Positions 11,680-25,999 of a stretch of DNA of 64,000 bases are shown here, piece by piece. Source of the DNA: Octopus vulgaris. Its lineage: Eukaryota. Where the stretch lies: NCBI GenBank assembly GCA_951406725.2, contig OX597825.1, forward strand, positions 64,480,001 to 64,544,000, read 5' to 3'. How positions within the stretch are numbered: position 1 is the first letter of the stretch; each line of letters begins with the position of its first letter. A model generated the notes under the pieces. The model made no database searches, was not told where the DNA came from, and saw only the letters and a list, made by a program, of their open reading frames with translations. The position numbers and the translations under genes are program-made.

Positions 11680-11693
11680 ATAGATAGATAGAT

Positions 11694-11770
<77 letters not shown>
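11680..11770. repeat. (GATA)n microsatellite
   Basis: Read directly. Confidence 0.95.
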
Positions 11771-12002
11771 GTCCAGACAAATTTCATTGACTAGCACAAG
11801 AAGGGCGAAACTCTGTGATCTGGCAGATCCGCCGGCGGTAGAGGACTGTTATCGTCTGTCAACGAGAGCCTTTATGCACCAGGAGTCTATAACCGAAGTC
11901 CTGTCCACTCAGTATTGAATGTTTTAACACAACATTTAATTTTAAGTGGGAGACATATACATATGTATATATATATATATATATATATAAAATTAGTTGT
12001 AA

Positions 12003-12277
12003 TGACAACTAATTTTACTTGACTGAACCTTTTACACCATGGGTTACCTTGTTTTCATTAGCGTAATTCTGGACCTAATTTTCAGCCAGCATACTGGTTG
12101 GTCTACCCCCATTTTTTGTGAACCCAATTAGACCTACCCATTTAGGAACCACCCTACCATCCCATTAACATAACTTAATTTTAACAACTTAATATTAAAT
12201 TCACACCTCTCTAGATTGTATTTGTTTGTACTTGGCACTGCATTAGAATCTTTCTTATGAGCAATTATTGCCTTTAG
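12003..12277 (+). repeat. Dispersed ~280-bp repeat, copy 2
   Basis: Aligns by eye with 8621-8898. Confidence 0.85.
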
Positions 12278-13131
12278 CCGCTAAATTTTAAAGAAAGTTA
12301 GCAACTTTAATGGAATGGGGGTATTAAATATTATCAAAACGTAGTTTGATGCCGTTACATTACTCTAACGATACTTAGAGGAAGAAAGGCATAGCTGGAT
12401 CCGTTGCGATTCGAACATAGTAAAAACTGGGAGTGCTAACATAAATTATAATTTCACCAACGCTCTAGCGAATCCGCCAGCACGTCGTCTTTACTGCCTT
12501 AATTGAAAAAAAGAAAAGTAATACAAAAGTAGTGTTAATTATATGAAACAAAGAATGTATAGCCGTAGTTAGAACGTATTTATTCAAACAGTCTATTCGT
12601 TCAAGGCTGACCCAGGGTTAAAAAGTAACAGCAACAACAGCATCAGTAATAGCAAACAGGATAGCCTGTTCCTTTCATTTGATGACTATATGTATATAGA
12701 ATGAACTCTATTTTAATATTATTTTCTTTGAGAATCAATATGAAAGAATACAATTATAACATAAACCACATCTCCTTCACCTAATTATCCTGCGTTCCAC
12801 AATGATGGGCGTAAATGAAGAAAAAAGAAGCTAACGACGAGGCTTTCTTTTTATACTAATTACAAAAAAAATAAAGTAATCTGTTTTCAAAGGTACCCCA
12901 ATTATTTAACATTTCACGAAATATATCAAAGAGAACTAGCAAAACATTTTATATTCTGAAACATTATATGCATCATGTCCTTATTTGCTTATTATGTTTT
13001 TTATCATACTTATTCACCTTTTGTGTAATGAATGATAGCAGAAAACTTAGAGGTAACTTCACGTTTGTTTAATCATAGACTGTGTTATACATGTCTGTGT
13101 GTGAATGTGTGGCTTTGCAGATATGCTGTTT

Positions 13132-13235
<104 letters not shown>

Positions 13236-13419
13236 AGGGTAGGGAGGGAGAGGGTGCGAAAAAGAGAAGGAGAGAGTGTGGAGAGGCAGGTATATGAGAG
13301 GTGTTTGTGGAACTAATAGCTGATTTTGTAATGTAATAATACAAATCTAATTCTAGCAAAATGCAAGTGTATTTTGATGAGAAATGTTTGTGCTTATTCT
13401 CCATGAACATTCATATAAG

Positions 13420-14150
13420 ATTACTTTATGAAGTAGCCTGCCACTCCTATTACTGCTGAAATGTTGAAATGAAATCGTTGATATGACTGCATTAAACGGT
13501 CCTTCATCATTTCGGACACGGCAGCTTTGAGATGAGTTATTGTATTATGAGAATGACGATTAGTCTCCCTTCCAACAACGTTCCAAACGTAATAATCCAT
13601 TCAATTTAAATCTAGCAAGTTTGAAGGCTAGAAATTTGGTGTTAGATGGTAGTATACATTTTCTGATATTCATTCGTGGGCTAAATGGAATTTATGAAAA
13701 GGTACTTTCTTGTAGAAACATATATGACATTACACAACAGACTTCAGTCCTCCGGGGTTTAACGACTGTCTCCAGCACCACGGCGCACCCTCCTCGGTAC
13801 ATGCAATTTATATCTACTGCCCTCGTGTACCACACTTCTAATAATCTATTCCGGCACTAGCATTTCTTTGGCGATCATCCTCATCGATTTTCTGGGTTCG
13901 TTATAGATAATGATTTTGGCATGTGAGGTAAAGTATGGTATCCCTATAATAATCGAACATTTAAAATCGCTTTTTTTTTTTTTGGTGTAATTGAAACATT
14001 CCCGCCAAAGGCTTCCAATTCCATCCAGATTTTGTATGCAAAATATCTTGCAACATTTAGCAAGTTGGCAATTTCTAAATCTGTGTTCAACACAGTAAAA
14101 ATGACTGCATGTTTCTTTCATCTTTTGCATTAATATTTTATCTGCCATGG
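13420..14150 (-). pseudogene. Decayed Tc1/mariner-superfamily (maT-like) transposase
   Basis: NEPRKSMRMIAKEMLVPE*IIRSVVHE (HTH-like) and DLN*MDYYVWNVV..AVIGVAGYFIK* (SPDLNP.DY motif). Confidence 0.65.
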
Positions 14151-14384
14151 GTGATATAAGATAATTAGAAACCTTTTAATTGTATTGAAGAAAGTAATAT
14201 CGTCATAAGTAATATAATCATAAGAAAGTAATATAGTCATAAGAATGTAATATAGTCAGTAAGTATACGCATGTAGGTGCCTCCCACCGTGGTCTTAACT
14301 ATATGTATCTTGTTTTTCCAACTTCATCTGTATGACCGTTGTCGAGCAAAATGGAAATGTGGTAAGTAATATTACTTTATTCAA

Positions 14385-14730
14385 GACGGTAAGCTGGCAA
14401 AATCGTTAACATGTCTAGCAAAATGCTTAGCGCATTTTGTCCATCCTTATATCCAGAGTTCAAATTCCACCGAGGACGAATTTGCCTTTCATACTTTCGG
14501 AGTCGATAGAATAAGTTACTTGTTGAACTCTAATATTGATGTAACCAGTTTACACCCCCTCTCGAAATTGTTGGCCTTCTGCACAATCACAAACCAATGC
14601 TAATTTATTCATATAAGGCAGCAAGCTGGAAGAATTTTTAGCACGCCGCACAAAGGGCTTAGCGAAGTATCGTCCGTCTTCACGCTCTGAGTTCAAATCC
14701 GCAGTGGTCGACTTTGTTCATCCCATCCCA
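14385..14730 (+). mobile_element. Two decayed SINE B copies
   Basis: aagctggcaaaatcgttaac..gagttcaaattcc..tttgcctttcat; second head near 14617. Confidence 0.7.
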
Positions 14731-15129
14731 ATATTAGCTTTTTATAAATGATGTGTATGAAACAATTATTGATGAAACGAGCGTAAAGGATGAATAAAAA
14801 TAACATTATCACATCCATGCTTCGACTTACTGTTTTAATCTTTGCATCTAATAATTTCTCCAGGGAAATTAAGTTTCTATGGAAACAATCTCCAGAAATT
14901 TATCCATTTCAAGGCACACACTTAGCCAGTATTCGCCGGAGTGTCGACTAAGGGACTCAGTCTCATTTCGAACTCGTCCTTAGCCTTATATATATATATA
15001 TATATATAGACATATTTACCATTTAAATTACCAAAAACTGTTAACGTTATAGCAAGACTTATACGGTTGCATAACCTCTAACTCATAATTATATATATAT
15101 ATATGTATATATATATATGTGTGTGTGTG

Positions 15130-15176
<47 letters not shown>

Positions 15177-15298
15177 TGTCCATATGTATTTATATATGTA
15201 TGTTGCATATATGTAAAATACATATCTTTATATACAAATACAATAATTATTTATACATATGTATTGACATGTATGTGAGTGAGAGGAGGGGAAGTTGA

Positions 15299-15349
<51 letters not shown>

Positions 15350-16409
15350 TGTATATATATATATATATATATATACCACACACAGAAAACTAGAAACTCT
15401 AACAGACATGCAAATACATACAGGAACAAGTTATTTGTCTAAACTAAGCACAAGAATGTTAAGATAAATTTGTTAGGACATTTCGGGTTGAATTATTTAA
15501 TAACGAGCTTTGTTTGCTGTTTTTCCTACGAATGTTGCTATTACTTGCATGTGTGTGTGTGTGTGTGTGTGTGTTTTGGTTGCACCAGCATACAACTTAA
15601 TCAATGCAAGCAACGGAAGCTTCCTTTATTTATGGTAACATGTGTACTAATGCAGTATTTTTTTTTTTTATAATGTAAAATCTATGAGGAAAAGAGAACT
15701 TTCAAGTTAAGTGAAAAATTCAACACATTAATGTAATTCCTACTGGAGAAATATTTAACAGTTATGTAGTTTCGTTACAGAATTAACAAAATACATGTCT
15801 GACATGAAGAATTAATGCTGTAAGCAGTCGGAAATTCGTGGGAGAAAACAGCCTGTCTACGTGTGCAAAATACTTATTCTTTCGTGACAACCAACTGGAC
15901 GACAGAATATTCGGATTAATGTAACAATATTTTATATCTTTGCATTAAAATGTTTCGGATTTTTGTTTTGATGTTTGGGTCCTTGCGGCTGTTCTCATAT
16001 ATAAAAAATATATTGATTTTGTTATTCATAACATTGTTATTAATATTTTATTTATTTTAGCAAAGAAGACACTAGATGTATTTAATGGGGTTTAGGTGAA
16101 ATGAAAAGCAAAAAATAGAACAATATAAACGCCACTCTACTTTCGTCCTTCACCATTTCACTCTTTCTCTTTCCATCTCAGACTTTCCAATATGTGACTA
16201 TGTATATACACACGCATATATTATATATGTACTGATACACAAGGAGAGGGAAATATATAAAAGAAACAAACGCCTCCTTCCACGCACGTGTTATACCTCT
16301 ACACGCTACATTATGAATATATGTTTGCATTTATGTATACAAAGTCAGGCATCTAATGGATATAAACAGCCACGACCACACTAGTGATATTCATATTCAG
16401 AAAAAAAAG

Positions 16410-16610
16410 GTCTGGGTTTCCGGTTTCCATGGCGTATAATTTCCTTACTTGGACGGGACGCCGGTCCGTCCAAGGATTATTCATTTTTGCAAGCTGAGTG
16501 GACTGGAGCAACGTGAAATGAAGTGTTTTGCTCAAGAAAACAACGCACCGCTCGCACCAAGAATGGAAACCACAATATTACGATCATGAGTTCAGCCACG
16601 CGCCTTCACT
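16410..16610 (-). mobile_element. Decayed SINE family D
   Basis: agctgagtggactggagcaacgtgaaatgaagtgttttgctcaag, as at 36.7 and 62.7 kb. Confidence 0.8.
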
Positions 16611-16631
16611 ACATATTCAGTGACATACATA

Positions 16632-16864
16632 TATATTTCTTTACTACCCACAAGGGGCTAAACATAGAGGGGAAAAACAAGGACAGACAAAAGGATTAAG
16701 TCGATTACATCGACGCAGTGCGAAACTAGTACTTTATTTATCGACCCCGTGAGGATGAAAGGCAAAGTCGACCTCGGCGGAATTTGAACTCAGAACGTAA
16801 CGACAGACGAAATACCGCTAAGTATTTCGCCCGGTGCGCTAACGTTTCAGCCAGTTCACCGCCT
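16632..16864 (-). mobile_element. SINE B monomer
   Basis: TSD ttcagtgacatac at 16616-16628 and 16865-16877. Confidence 0.9.
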
Positions 16865-17056
16865 TTCAGTGACATACGTATAGCCATGTATTCATATTTC
16901 ATTCATACACACTTTTGACACGCTAGTATTTGTAGCATTTGTCCTGTCATAATTCTTTGTAGTGGGGCCTAGATTCGAAAGCGTACAGCTTTATTAACTG
17001 GGCTCATGCCACATCAGATCAGAAACCTTGCCCTGAATACAAATCAATAATCTTGC

Positions 17057-17412
17057 TGTAATATCACCTCGTATTAAAAAAAAAAAAGATTCAGATGCTC
17101 CTGCAAAAGTGCTGGTTATAAAACCGAGAGCGCGTGGAAACGTACCAGAGACAGACAGAAGACAGACGAACAGAAAAGGGCACAGAGGTGAACACAGACA
17201 AGTCCATTAGAAGGCAGAGTCCTTCGCTTCTTGCTGCTTCACCTCTGGTTTTAGGAATTGTCAACTATGAAGAACAGAGTATTTTCCCACCTCTTGCAAG
17301 AAGCCATTTTCATCTGTTATTAATTCAACTAAGAACTCCATTTACTGCTGGCAGATCGCATTGCAGTCCTGGCAAGCATCTCTATAATTATGTAAATATT
17401 TACATCGTTACA
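17057..17412 (+). mobile_element. Possible solo LTR or promoter-like segment
   Basis: Termini tgtaatat..atcgttaca and internal tataaaa near 17117; no matching TSD. Confidence 0.25.
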
Positions 17413-18334
17413 TGTATAAATAAATGTTTATCAAAGGCTGTTTGAAATTGGTTTTAATATGAGACGGCACGCAGCCTAAACATCAGAGCAATAAATCAAG
17501 ATCCATACGGCCAGTCCGACAGTCTCTAGCTAACTTGCTGTTTGAAAAATATCGTCAGACTCTCAAACAAACAGGCATTGGAATGAAGTATCTCAAAATA
17601 AATTCGTAAGGACTGCTATTACATTGTACTATTTCTAGAACGTGATATATTATCAAATTAATACATATCACCGGCGTATCAGACGTGTATATTTTTTTCA
17701 TTTTATTGTTGTTAATTGTATCCAAATATTGCCCAGCATCTAATGCAGCCGTATGTATTTTGGAGATCCGAGAGTCATGAACAAAGGAAGCGAATGAGAA
17801 TAATTTTACAAGGTACAATAATTGATATTGATAATAAAATATTGAACACAAACACAATTATCATAAATAGTATAAATTTACGAAAAAAATGCTTAACATA
17901 TGTTGGCAGTTGTGTAGGATGTTCACATCATCTTGTACCGCAGTCTTCAACATACATAAGCAACACATGATATATGTTGTCTTTTAGAAACGTTATTTTT
18001 TCAATTATTTAAATAAATATTTACCAAGGAAGATGAAAGTTAACGCTACAAAATCATTGTCGTGGTGGGCCAAAAGTTTAGCCGACCAAGTTTATGCAAA
18101 ACAAAAACAGCCAAATATATGACTTTTTCAACCAGTATGGCAATTCTGAATTAGAATGTGAGCAACTATGCAGTTGTTCATAAAGAAGTTGACTTTTACA
18201 TACAAAAGTCCGGCAACGTAATGTACGTATACATATTTTGGTTTCATACGTTCGCTAGAATTATTTACTCACTTACAAATATCTGCCCCATTCTCCAACA
18301 AGCAGCTTGAGATTATATTTCATTAAACGTATAC

Positions 18335-18716
18335 TCTTTTACTTGTTTCAGGAATTTGACAACGGTCATGCTGGAGCACCGCCTTTAGTCGAGCAAATCT
18401 ACCCCAGGACTTATTCTTTGTAAACCTAGTACTTATTCTATCGGTCTTTTTTGCCGAACCGCTAAGTACGGCAACGTAAACGCACCAGCATCGGTTGTCA
18501 AACACAGGGGACAAACAGACACACAAACACACACACACAAATATATATATACATATACATATATACCACGGGCTTCTTTCAGTTTCCATCTACCAAACCC
18601 ACTCACAAGGCTCTGGCTGGCCCGAGGCACTTGTCCAAGGTGCCACGCAGTGGGACTGTATCCAGAGGCATGTGGCTGGTAAGCGAACTACTTACCACAC
18701 AGCTACTCCTGCGCCT
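18335..18716 (-). mobile_element. SINE family A, near full length
   Basis: Both halves plus central CA/TA tract; head cacagctactcctgcgcc. Confidence 0.9.
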
Positions 18717-18816
18717 ATAATGAACAATATTAAATCTGTTTTTTCCACAACATATATTTGTAAAAAAAGACTGCCATGTATGCGGAGGTGCATCTTATAC
18801 ACCCATATGTACGGTA

Positions 18817-19326
18817 TCTATATATATAAAACTGTAGTTGTGTGAGTGTCTGTCCCCTTCGATTTAGATTCCTAACTACTCCCACATTTTGCGGTGCAGT
18901 TCAACCAAATTCGGGTATCTTATAGTCGTGATTAATATCGAGCCCGTCTGCGTATTAGCGCGCGTCTACGATGAGTTTAAGATTTTAAAAATAATTTAAC
19001 ATTTTTTATTCCATTTTAATGCATAAGTTTTCGTGTGTCGATGGCGGCGGAGTTGGCGTCCACGCTCACAGCTGCACCTGTTTGCTTCTCCCCCTTCTTC
19101 CCTCCCTCGTGAAGCTGTGGGGAAGGGAGTGTAAGGAAATCAACGTCGTAAAGTGTTGTCAAGGAGACCAGCGTTCTTTTAGAACAACGACTTCATGGCT
19201 TGAAGACACCAAAACAGAAATGGCTAAGAAAGCCCGAATTGGCATCTATAAGGGAAGAAACTCTCTAAAAATGCTTATATAGTTATTTCCCTTACAAACC
19301 CGAGCAACGCCGGGCGATACTGCTAG
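18817..19326 (+). mobile_element. Non-autonomous Helitron (~510 bp)
   Basis: 5' TCTATATATATAAAA, 3' hairpin cccgagcaacgccggg followed by CTAG, inserted between A18816 and T19327 with no TSD. Confidence 0.85.
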
Positions 19327-19841
19327 TTGAGTATAAAAGACATCACAAAGGAAAAAAACGATTATGTTATGAGCTTCATTAGCTTACAGCTGTCCCTGCT
19401 ATAGGATATGGTGAACTCACCATATTCGAGGAATCAATGAACATATAAGATGTAATTCAGACACTCTACTATGTGTTAAATGCATATTATAGCGGAAAGA
19501 GTTGTGTGCTAATGCAGTTAATAACCCAATTTTATTTTTTGCTTTCCTTTGTCATTTAATATTCCTATAATCCGCTAACACTTCATTTTAAAGTGCGCAC
19601 ATATTGAGTTCTTCACCAGATTATTAGGTTCACAATGCCTAAGCGAAATATATATAGAGAGAGGATCAAACCACATACCTCACTTGCATACTTTTCTCTC
19701 CGAACAAAATTTTTAAGCTTATTTCACCTGAAGAAAACGCTATTATATGTCATCTTGTATTAGAATTACTCATAAAAAGAAACACATTTATAGCAATTGA
19801 AGTGAACATTGGAATATTAACCTATATGTTTTATATAAATT

Positions 19842-19873
<32 letters not shown>

Positions 19874-20742
19874 CAGAGACAGAGAGAGGAATATATAGAT
19901 ATAGATATATATATACATATACGTATATAGTTATGAATGTGTATGTATATAGATGTGAATGTATGTATGTATGTATGTATATATATATATGCATATATAT
20001 ATATATGTGTGGGAACAGGACGTCATGAAACATGTACAACTAATAAATACAAAGTACGAGTACATTGAATATGAACTATTTTTTCGTACAATGAAAGACA
20101 AAAGGAAAACAAGACAGATTAAAGAACGACCCTTCATTTGTTTCAATAAAACAGTTGCTCCTGCAAAGCAAATTAAATAAAATTGGGATTTTACAGAGGG
20201 TAAAAATTGATAACACAAACAGGACAAGGAAGGGCTGCTAAGCCTAAACGAGGTTGTGGTGGTAAGCGCGTAAATCAAGCTTGGGCAGGAGACAGACAAG
20301 AACACGTCTTCCTTGTTCCAGCTACAAGGGCGAGAAAGAAAGAAACACAAGTTAGGAGACGAAAGATGGCCGATGATCACGTGGGAGCCACGGAAACAAG
20401 GGAGGAGGAGTGAGCATCTGACTGGCATAATCTTAGGGGCATGCTTTGTAATGTCTTAATTCTTTATCCCTTTCCTCGTTTACTATCATTTTCTATTATT
20501 TTGGTGACTTCTGGCGGTTGAATTGGGGCTTTAACTCTTATTTCTAAACAGGTTGATGCATTTTTGCATCCTTTTGCTTCGTGCTTATTTTAAATCTCAT
20601 AGCTATATAATGCTATTGAACCTGTGAACCGCCTATGTTACTGTTCTTAATATTATCAATTATAGATATTCACCAAAGATAATATTAACAAACAATAGTA
20701 GCTTCTTACTTCGAATGAAAACATTCGAAAATTTTGCTCACA

Positions 20743-20792
<50 letters not shown>

Positions 20793-21357
20793 CATATGCA
20801 TAAACAGACAAACATACATATGTGCAGCTATTTTGTTGATAAATATATTACTATATACACTCAGATTCTAATTTGTGCACACATCTTTGTGTATATCTGA
20901 CTATGTATGTCTGTGTGAATGTGTGTGTGTATATATATATATATATATGTGAATGTGTTCGTCTATGTGTGTGTATGTGTAGAGGAAGGAAAAAGAAAAA
21001 GAGATATATAGGAGTAAAGGTGGGAAATCTGAGAAACTTTTATATTGAAAGTAATCTATGGATGTGAGTGTTGTTGGATTGTAAACTGTTACTTTAAAAC
21101 AATTAACAACAAATTAATAAATTCCATTATTTGTATTTCTCTAGGGAGAATATGCCATTTTCTCCAGAATTTGCAGGAACAGTTGATTACTTATTTAGTA
21201 TATTTTTGAAAATGATTTATCTTCATTTCTGAAGGTGTGCTTAGGAAAAGGTAAATTACGTGTGTCTGTTAATGCATTAGAATGTTTATCTCTTATCACG
21301 CGGTAGTTTGACTTCAAATAAATATTGATTTGTCTCATAATTACTGAATATAATGTA

Positions 21358-21420
<63 letters not shown>

Positions 21421-21674
21421 ATGTTTGAAACTGTGTGTATGAGCGTATGTTTGATTTTCTTTATGTATGCCCAAATGTTGTACATGTATGCATAAGTGTA
21501 CGCGTGTATTTATTATATACGTATGAGTGCATGACATTTATCTAAAACCAAAAAGAATAAGATTCATACCTACACAAATGTACATGTATGTGTGGGTATG
21601 CTTGTATGTATATAAATAAACATTTAAAAACATATATATATATATCAATATATATGCATGCATAAATATTTTTT

Positions 21675-21750
<76 letters not shown>

Positions 21751-21923
21751 GTATATATATTGGCGTGTGTGTGTGCATGTGCGTATGCATAAACCAAGAG
21801 TTAAGGAACGAAGTAAATTTTATCTACATATGTTTCAGTGTGAACGGGACATCGAATCCTCCGTGTGTTAAAAGGGGACGGTTAACAACAAAGTAAACTT
21901 CATGTAATCAAGATATCTTTGGC

Positions 21924-22001
21924 CTGAAGAGTAGCCTTTGGTACACACCACGCTTGGATATATACTACTTCCGAGGTTCCACTCACTACGAAGCATATGT
22001 A
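21924..22001 (+). ncRNA. Hammerhead-like motif (GAAG variant)
   Basis: CTGAAGA-GTAG..CTAC-GAAG-CATATG-TA. Confidence 0.5.
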
Positions 22002-22267
22002 GAACGGATTTTATCCACTCCATTCTTACTAGTGAAATAAAAAATAAAATCAGCTTATAGTACTTCAATACGAAATAATTCCCAACCTTCGGTCCCAAGA
22101 AACTATAATTGTTCCTGAAAGTTGAGGTTTTTATATTTTCTACAGATTGTTGGAAGCTCACTTTCTCCTTACACCACGATCCTTCACTCTCAAATTTATA
22201 TATATATACATACATACACATATACATATATATGCATATACAAATATATATATATATGTATATATAT

Positions 22268-22330
<63 letters not shown>

Positions 22331-22353
22331 TAGATATAGATATATATACATAG

Positions 22354-22636
22354 ATTGTTTGTTCCTTCTCGGGCCATGTCAGGCTCATCAGGGCCGGTTT
22401 CCTTGGTATATAGGTTCCCCACCTGAACGGGACACCGGTCCGTCGCGGGTGAGCTGCAAGATGCTGGAGGAAAGAGTGAGAGAAAGTTCTGGCGAAAGAG
22501 TCATCAGAAGTTTGCCATTACCTTCTGCCGGAGCCGTGTGTAGCTTAGGTTTTTCGCTCATAAACTCACACATCGCCCGGTCTGAGATTCGAAACCACGA
22601 TCGCGCTGCTCTAAACACTAAGCTATGTATCTCCAC
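22354..22636 (-). mobile_element. SINE family E (C-like head, D-like tail)
   Basis: Matches 60425-60730. Confidence 0.85.
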
Positions 22637-22647
22637 TACACACACAC

Positions 22648-22729
<82 letters not shown>

Positions 22730-23046
22730 GTACATATATTCAAGGAAATAGGGAAATACAATTGACATATAGTTATTAACATTTTGATATAATATAATTA
22801 TACTATAAAAAGATATAATATAACAAATAATTAAAACAAATTTGTATCCTAGAATTTGTAAAAAATACATGTTTATGCATATGAATATTGTAAGGGTAAT
22901 ATTTATCTTTAAAAAAGACAAAAATTTCATGCAAAGACTACGAAATTATGAAACAAACTGATTTAATCAGTCTAATAATAAATTTCTTTTAATGATTTAT
23001 TAGTCCTTGTATGAAATATTTGTCTATTTTTTAGACAAATATTTCC

Positions 23047-23121
23047 CTGATGAGATTCTTATGCATAAATATGATTTTTTAAAAAAAATCCATTACTGCA
23101 TATGAATCGAAACAAATTGTA
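23047..23121 (+). ncRNA. Hammerhead-like motif with extended stem II
   Basis: CTGATGA-gattcttatgca..tgcatatgaatc-GAAA-caaattg-TA; stem II pairs at 11 of 12 positions; stem I weak. Confidence 0.6.
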
Positions 23122-23454
23122 GCATATATATATTTGTTTTAATTATTTGTTATACCATATATATTATACTGTATTATATCTTTTTTTATAGTATAATTAT
23201 ATTATAATAACATTTTTAATAAATATGCCAATGATATATCTCTGTTTCCATTAATATTTATTATATATTAAAATACCACCATTTTAAGTTCGGATATTTT
23301 TTATCTATAATATTATGGGACTTAACTGAAAAACCAGTGAAAATTAGATTCTTTCCATCCATTTGAAGGAAAGACTTATTTTTGTTTGGGTTGTATAATA
23401 ATCCTGTGTGCATGTGTGTTTGTGTGTGTGCGTTTGTTTGTGTGCGTATGCATG

Positions 23455-23492
<38 letters not shown>

Positions 23493-24044
23493 TAGATAGA
23501 TTGACGCCGACTATATATATAGTCGGCGTCAATCTAGCCCAAATTTTCCCCTCTTTACTCTCTCATTCTTATTATTCTTATTGCGTTTCTTAACAACTTA
23601 GTCATTTGCCTAATCCCGTATCTTATTTCTTCCTTTTTTTTCCTTTTTGTTCTCTCACTCCTTAATTTCCACTTATTTTTGATCAAATCTGCGAGTTAAC
23701 TTGAGATCCTTTCACGACAATATTACCTTCATATAACTAAGATATCTTCGGCTAGATGTGTCGCTTGTCGTGTACTCCTCCTTGTGTAATTATTGCTTTT
23801 GAGGTTCTACAGTCTAGGAAATATATGTACCCTGGATTTTACCAGCTTGGATTTTTATTTGCATACATAGCAACACTAGGTGCTAACCGTAAACTATGAA
23901 AATTATTTTTTACGGCTTATCAAACTTCGATATGAGAAAAACTCACAACTCTCTACGCCTATATACCTACTCTTGTTCCTGTAAATTGAACTACAGGTAC
24001 TGAATTAGTCATTCACACCCCAAACATATTGATAGTATACATAT

Positions 24045-24873
24045 ATTATCTTACCAATAAATATCTGGACTGTTGCTATAGTAACGAAGCTAAAGCACGC
24101 AGAGTAACGTCGCTTGGAAAAGATTGAACTTGGATACTGCTGTGCGTATGCCCTGAGTTTTAATATCCTTGCTCACTTCCGCTATTTACAGTAGTGCTTA
24201 GAATGTAGGTGTGTAGCGTGTGATCGTTGCATTGACACGAAAGATAAAGTTGTCATGGTGATACCTGCTCAGAGGCGTACGGAAACTTGCAGTAAATGCA
24301 TGGAGAGGAGTGTATAAGTGCACGAGTGGTTCGGACGTTTCCAAAATGGTTGAAAAAATATCGATATTGGTGAACTTTCTGGGAACTGAGAAAAACATCG
24401 CAGATGTGCGTCTAATTGTGTGGGAAATCGTCGAATCACCATCCATCAGTTTTCAGGGGATATGCAGATTAGTTACGGTTCAGGTCAGTCCATTATCACT
24501 GAAGTTTTGGGCATGAGACGCGTGTCTGCCAAGTTTGTGCCAAAACTGCTTTCAATTTACCAAAAAGACACCCGGATTTGCGCTATAGCTCCTTCATTAT
24601 CACGAGAAGAACGAAATGTGTTTGAAAAATATTGCGCGGGCCCCTAAGGCGGTATCAGATCAAAGTTTTCTCTCATGCTCAATGCGACTATCACACTATA
24701 CACACTTTTCCCAAGCATTGCTGAAAACAGCAGAAGTGAGGAAGAACGCTAAAACTTAGAGCGCATGCACAACAGGTCTCAAGGTCAAGCTGCCCCGTGG
24801 GATTTCACTCTATGTGCTTTAGATTCGTTACTATGGCAACAGTCCGCATACTTTTTTTTATCAGACCACGTAT
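24045..24873 (+). mobile_element. Internally deleted mariner-like element
   Basis: HEWFGRFQNG and NRRITI..ISYGS.QSIITEVLGMRRVSAKFVPKLLS (WVPxxL-type motif); TIR-like agtccgcatacttttttatcagaccacgta at ~24841-24871, decayed mate near 24055-24072. Confidence 0.8.
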
Positions 24874-25035
24874 ATGGTATATTATATAAAGTTATGGTAT
24901 ATTCTGTTAAGAATATCGTAAAGTGCAGTATAAAATTCGTCCCCCTTCAGATTTAGCCTGTGCTTCTACGACAGACAGAGAAAATTTTCGGGAAGCCGAG
25001 AATTTTAACTTTCCGGGACAATATTTACACATCGC

Positions 25036-25131
25036 CTGAGGAAACGCAGTTAGATCTCATAGTGCAGGGAAACGGTTGCATAATCAAGTAACTGCAAGCC
25101 TGGAGAACAACGTCGCGTGGAAACAAATGTA
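25036..25131 (+). ncRNA. Hammerhead-like motif, homologous to 56861-56968
   Basis: CTGAGGA-aacgc..gcgtg-GAAA-caaatg-TA. Confidence 0.5.
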
Positions 25132-25231
25132 GGGATTCATATATAAATTTGTCCAAACGTACTCCTTGCTGAATCCAATATCTATAATTTTATATATATA
25201 TATATATCATATAGATAGATATGGATATATC

Positions 25232-25580
25232 GGCGCAAGCGTAGCTATGTGGTAAGAAGCTTACTTTCCAGCCACATAGTTCCGGGTTCAGTCCTACTGT
25301 ATGGCACATTTGAGAAGTGTCTTCTACTATTACCTCGGGCAACCAAAGATTTTTGAGTAGATATAGTAGACGAAAACTGAGAGACGCCCATCGTATAATA
25401 TGTGTGTGTGTGTGTGTATTTTCATGTGTGCATGAATGTGTGTGTGTCCCTGTAAATTAGCGGTTCGGCAAAGATACCGATTGAACAAGTAAGGTCTTAT
25501 TGACGATTTCTTCGACTAAAACCATTTAAGGCAGTGCTCCAGCATGGCTACTATCAAATGACTGAAACAATAGAATGAAA
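25232..25580 (+). mobile_element. SINE family A, decayed
   Basis: ggcgcaagcgtagctatgtggtaag..gggttcagtcc..aaatgactgaaac. Confidence 0.85.
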
Positions 25581-25999
25581 GAACATATGCATACATATAT
25601 TCATACATACCCACACACACACGTACATACACATGCAAACTCACACACGCACCCACATAAGCACACAAACATATAAACTCTATTGTTTTGTATTTTATAT
25701 ATGTGGTACTTATATGAAAGCCATCACCAGTTTCGCTACCACTAATGAAGCATCAAAAATAATCAAACAAGATAATATACATAACATACACACGAACCTA
25801 TCTAGCTTTAATCAATATATTATATAACGTTTAAAATTTAGAAGATTATTGCTTATTTAGTTTCCCTTTGTGGTATAGTCTCTAGTCTAGTAATATATAG
25901 GGCAATGACCGTTATGTATATGTTTTATTGTGTATCTTGATATCTCTGAGGTCCATAAGGCAGGGTTGGTCACGTATTTGCGTCTGCGTAACCACTTCT

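Noticed and set aside
14188-14265. ~20-bp unit repeated about 4 times (also an 18-bp duplication at ~56040-56077)
   Set aside because: Ordinary local slippage with no further structure
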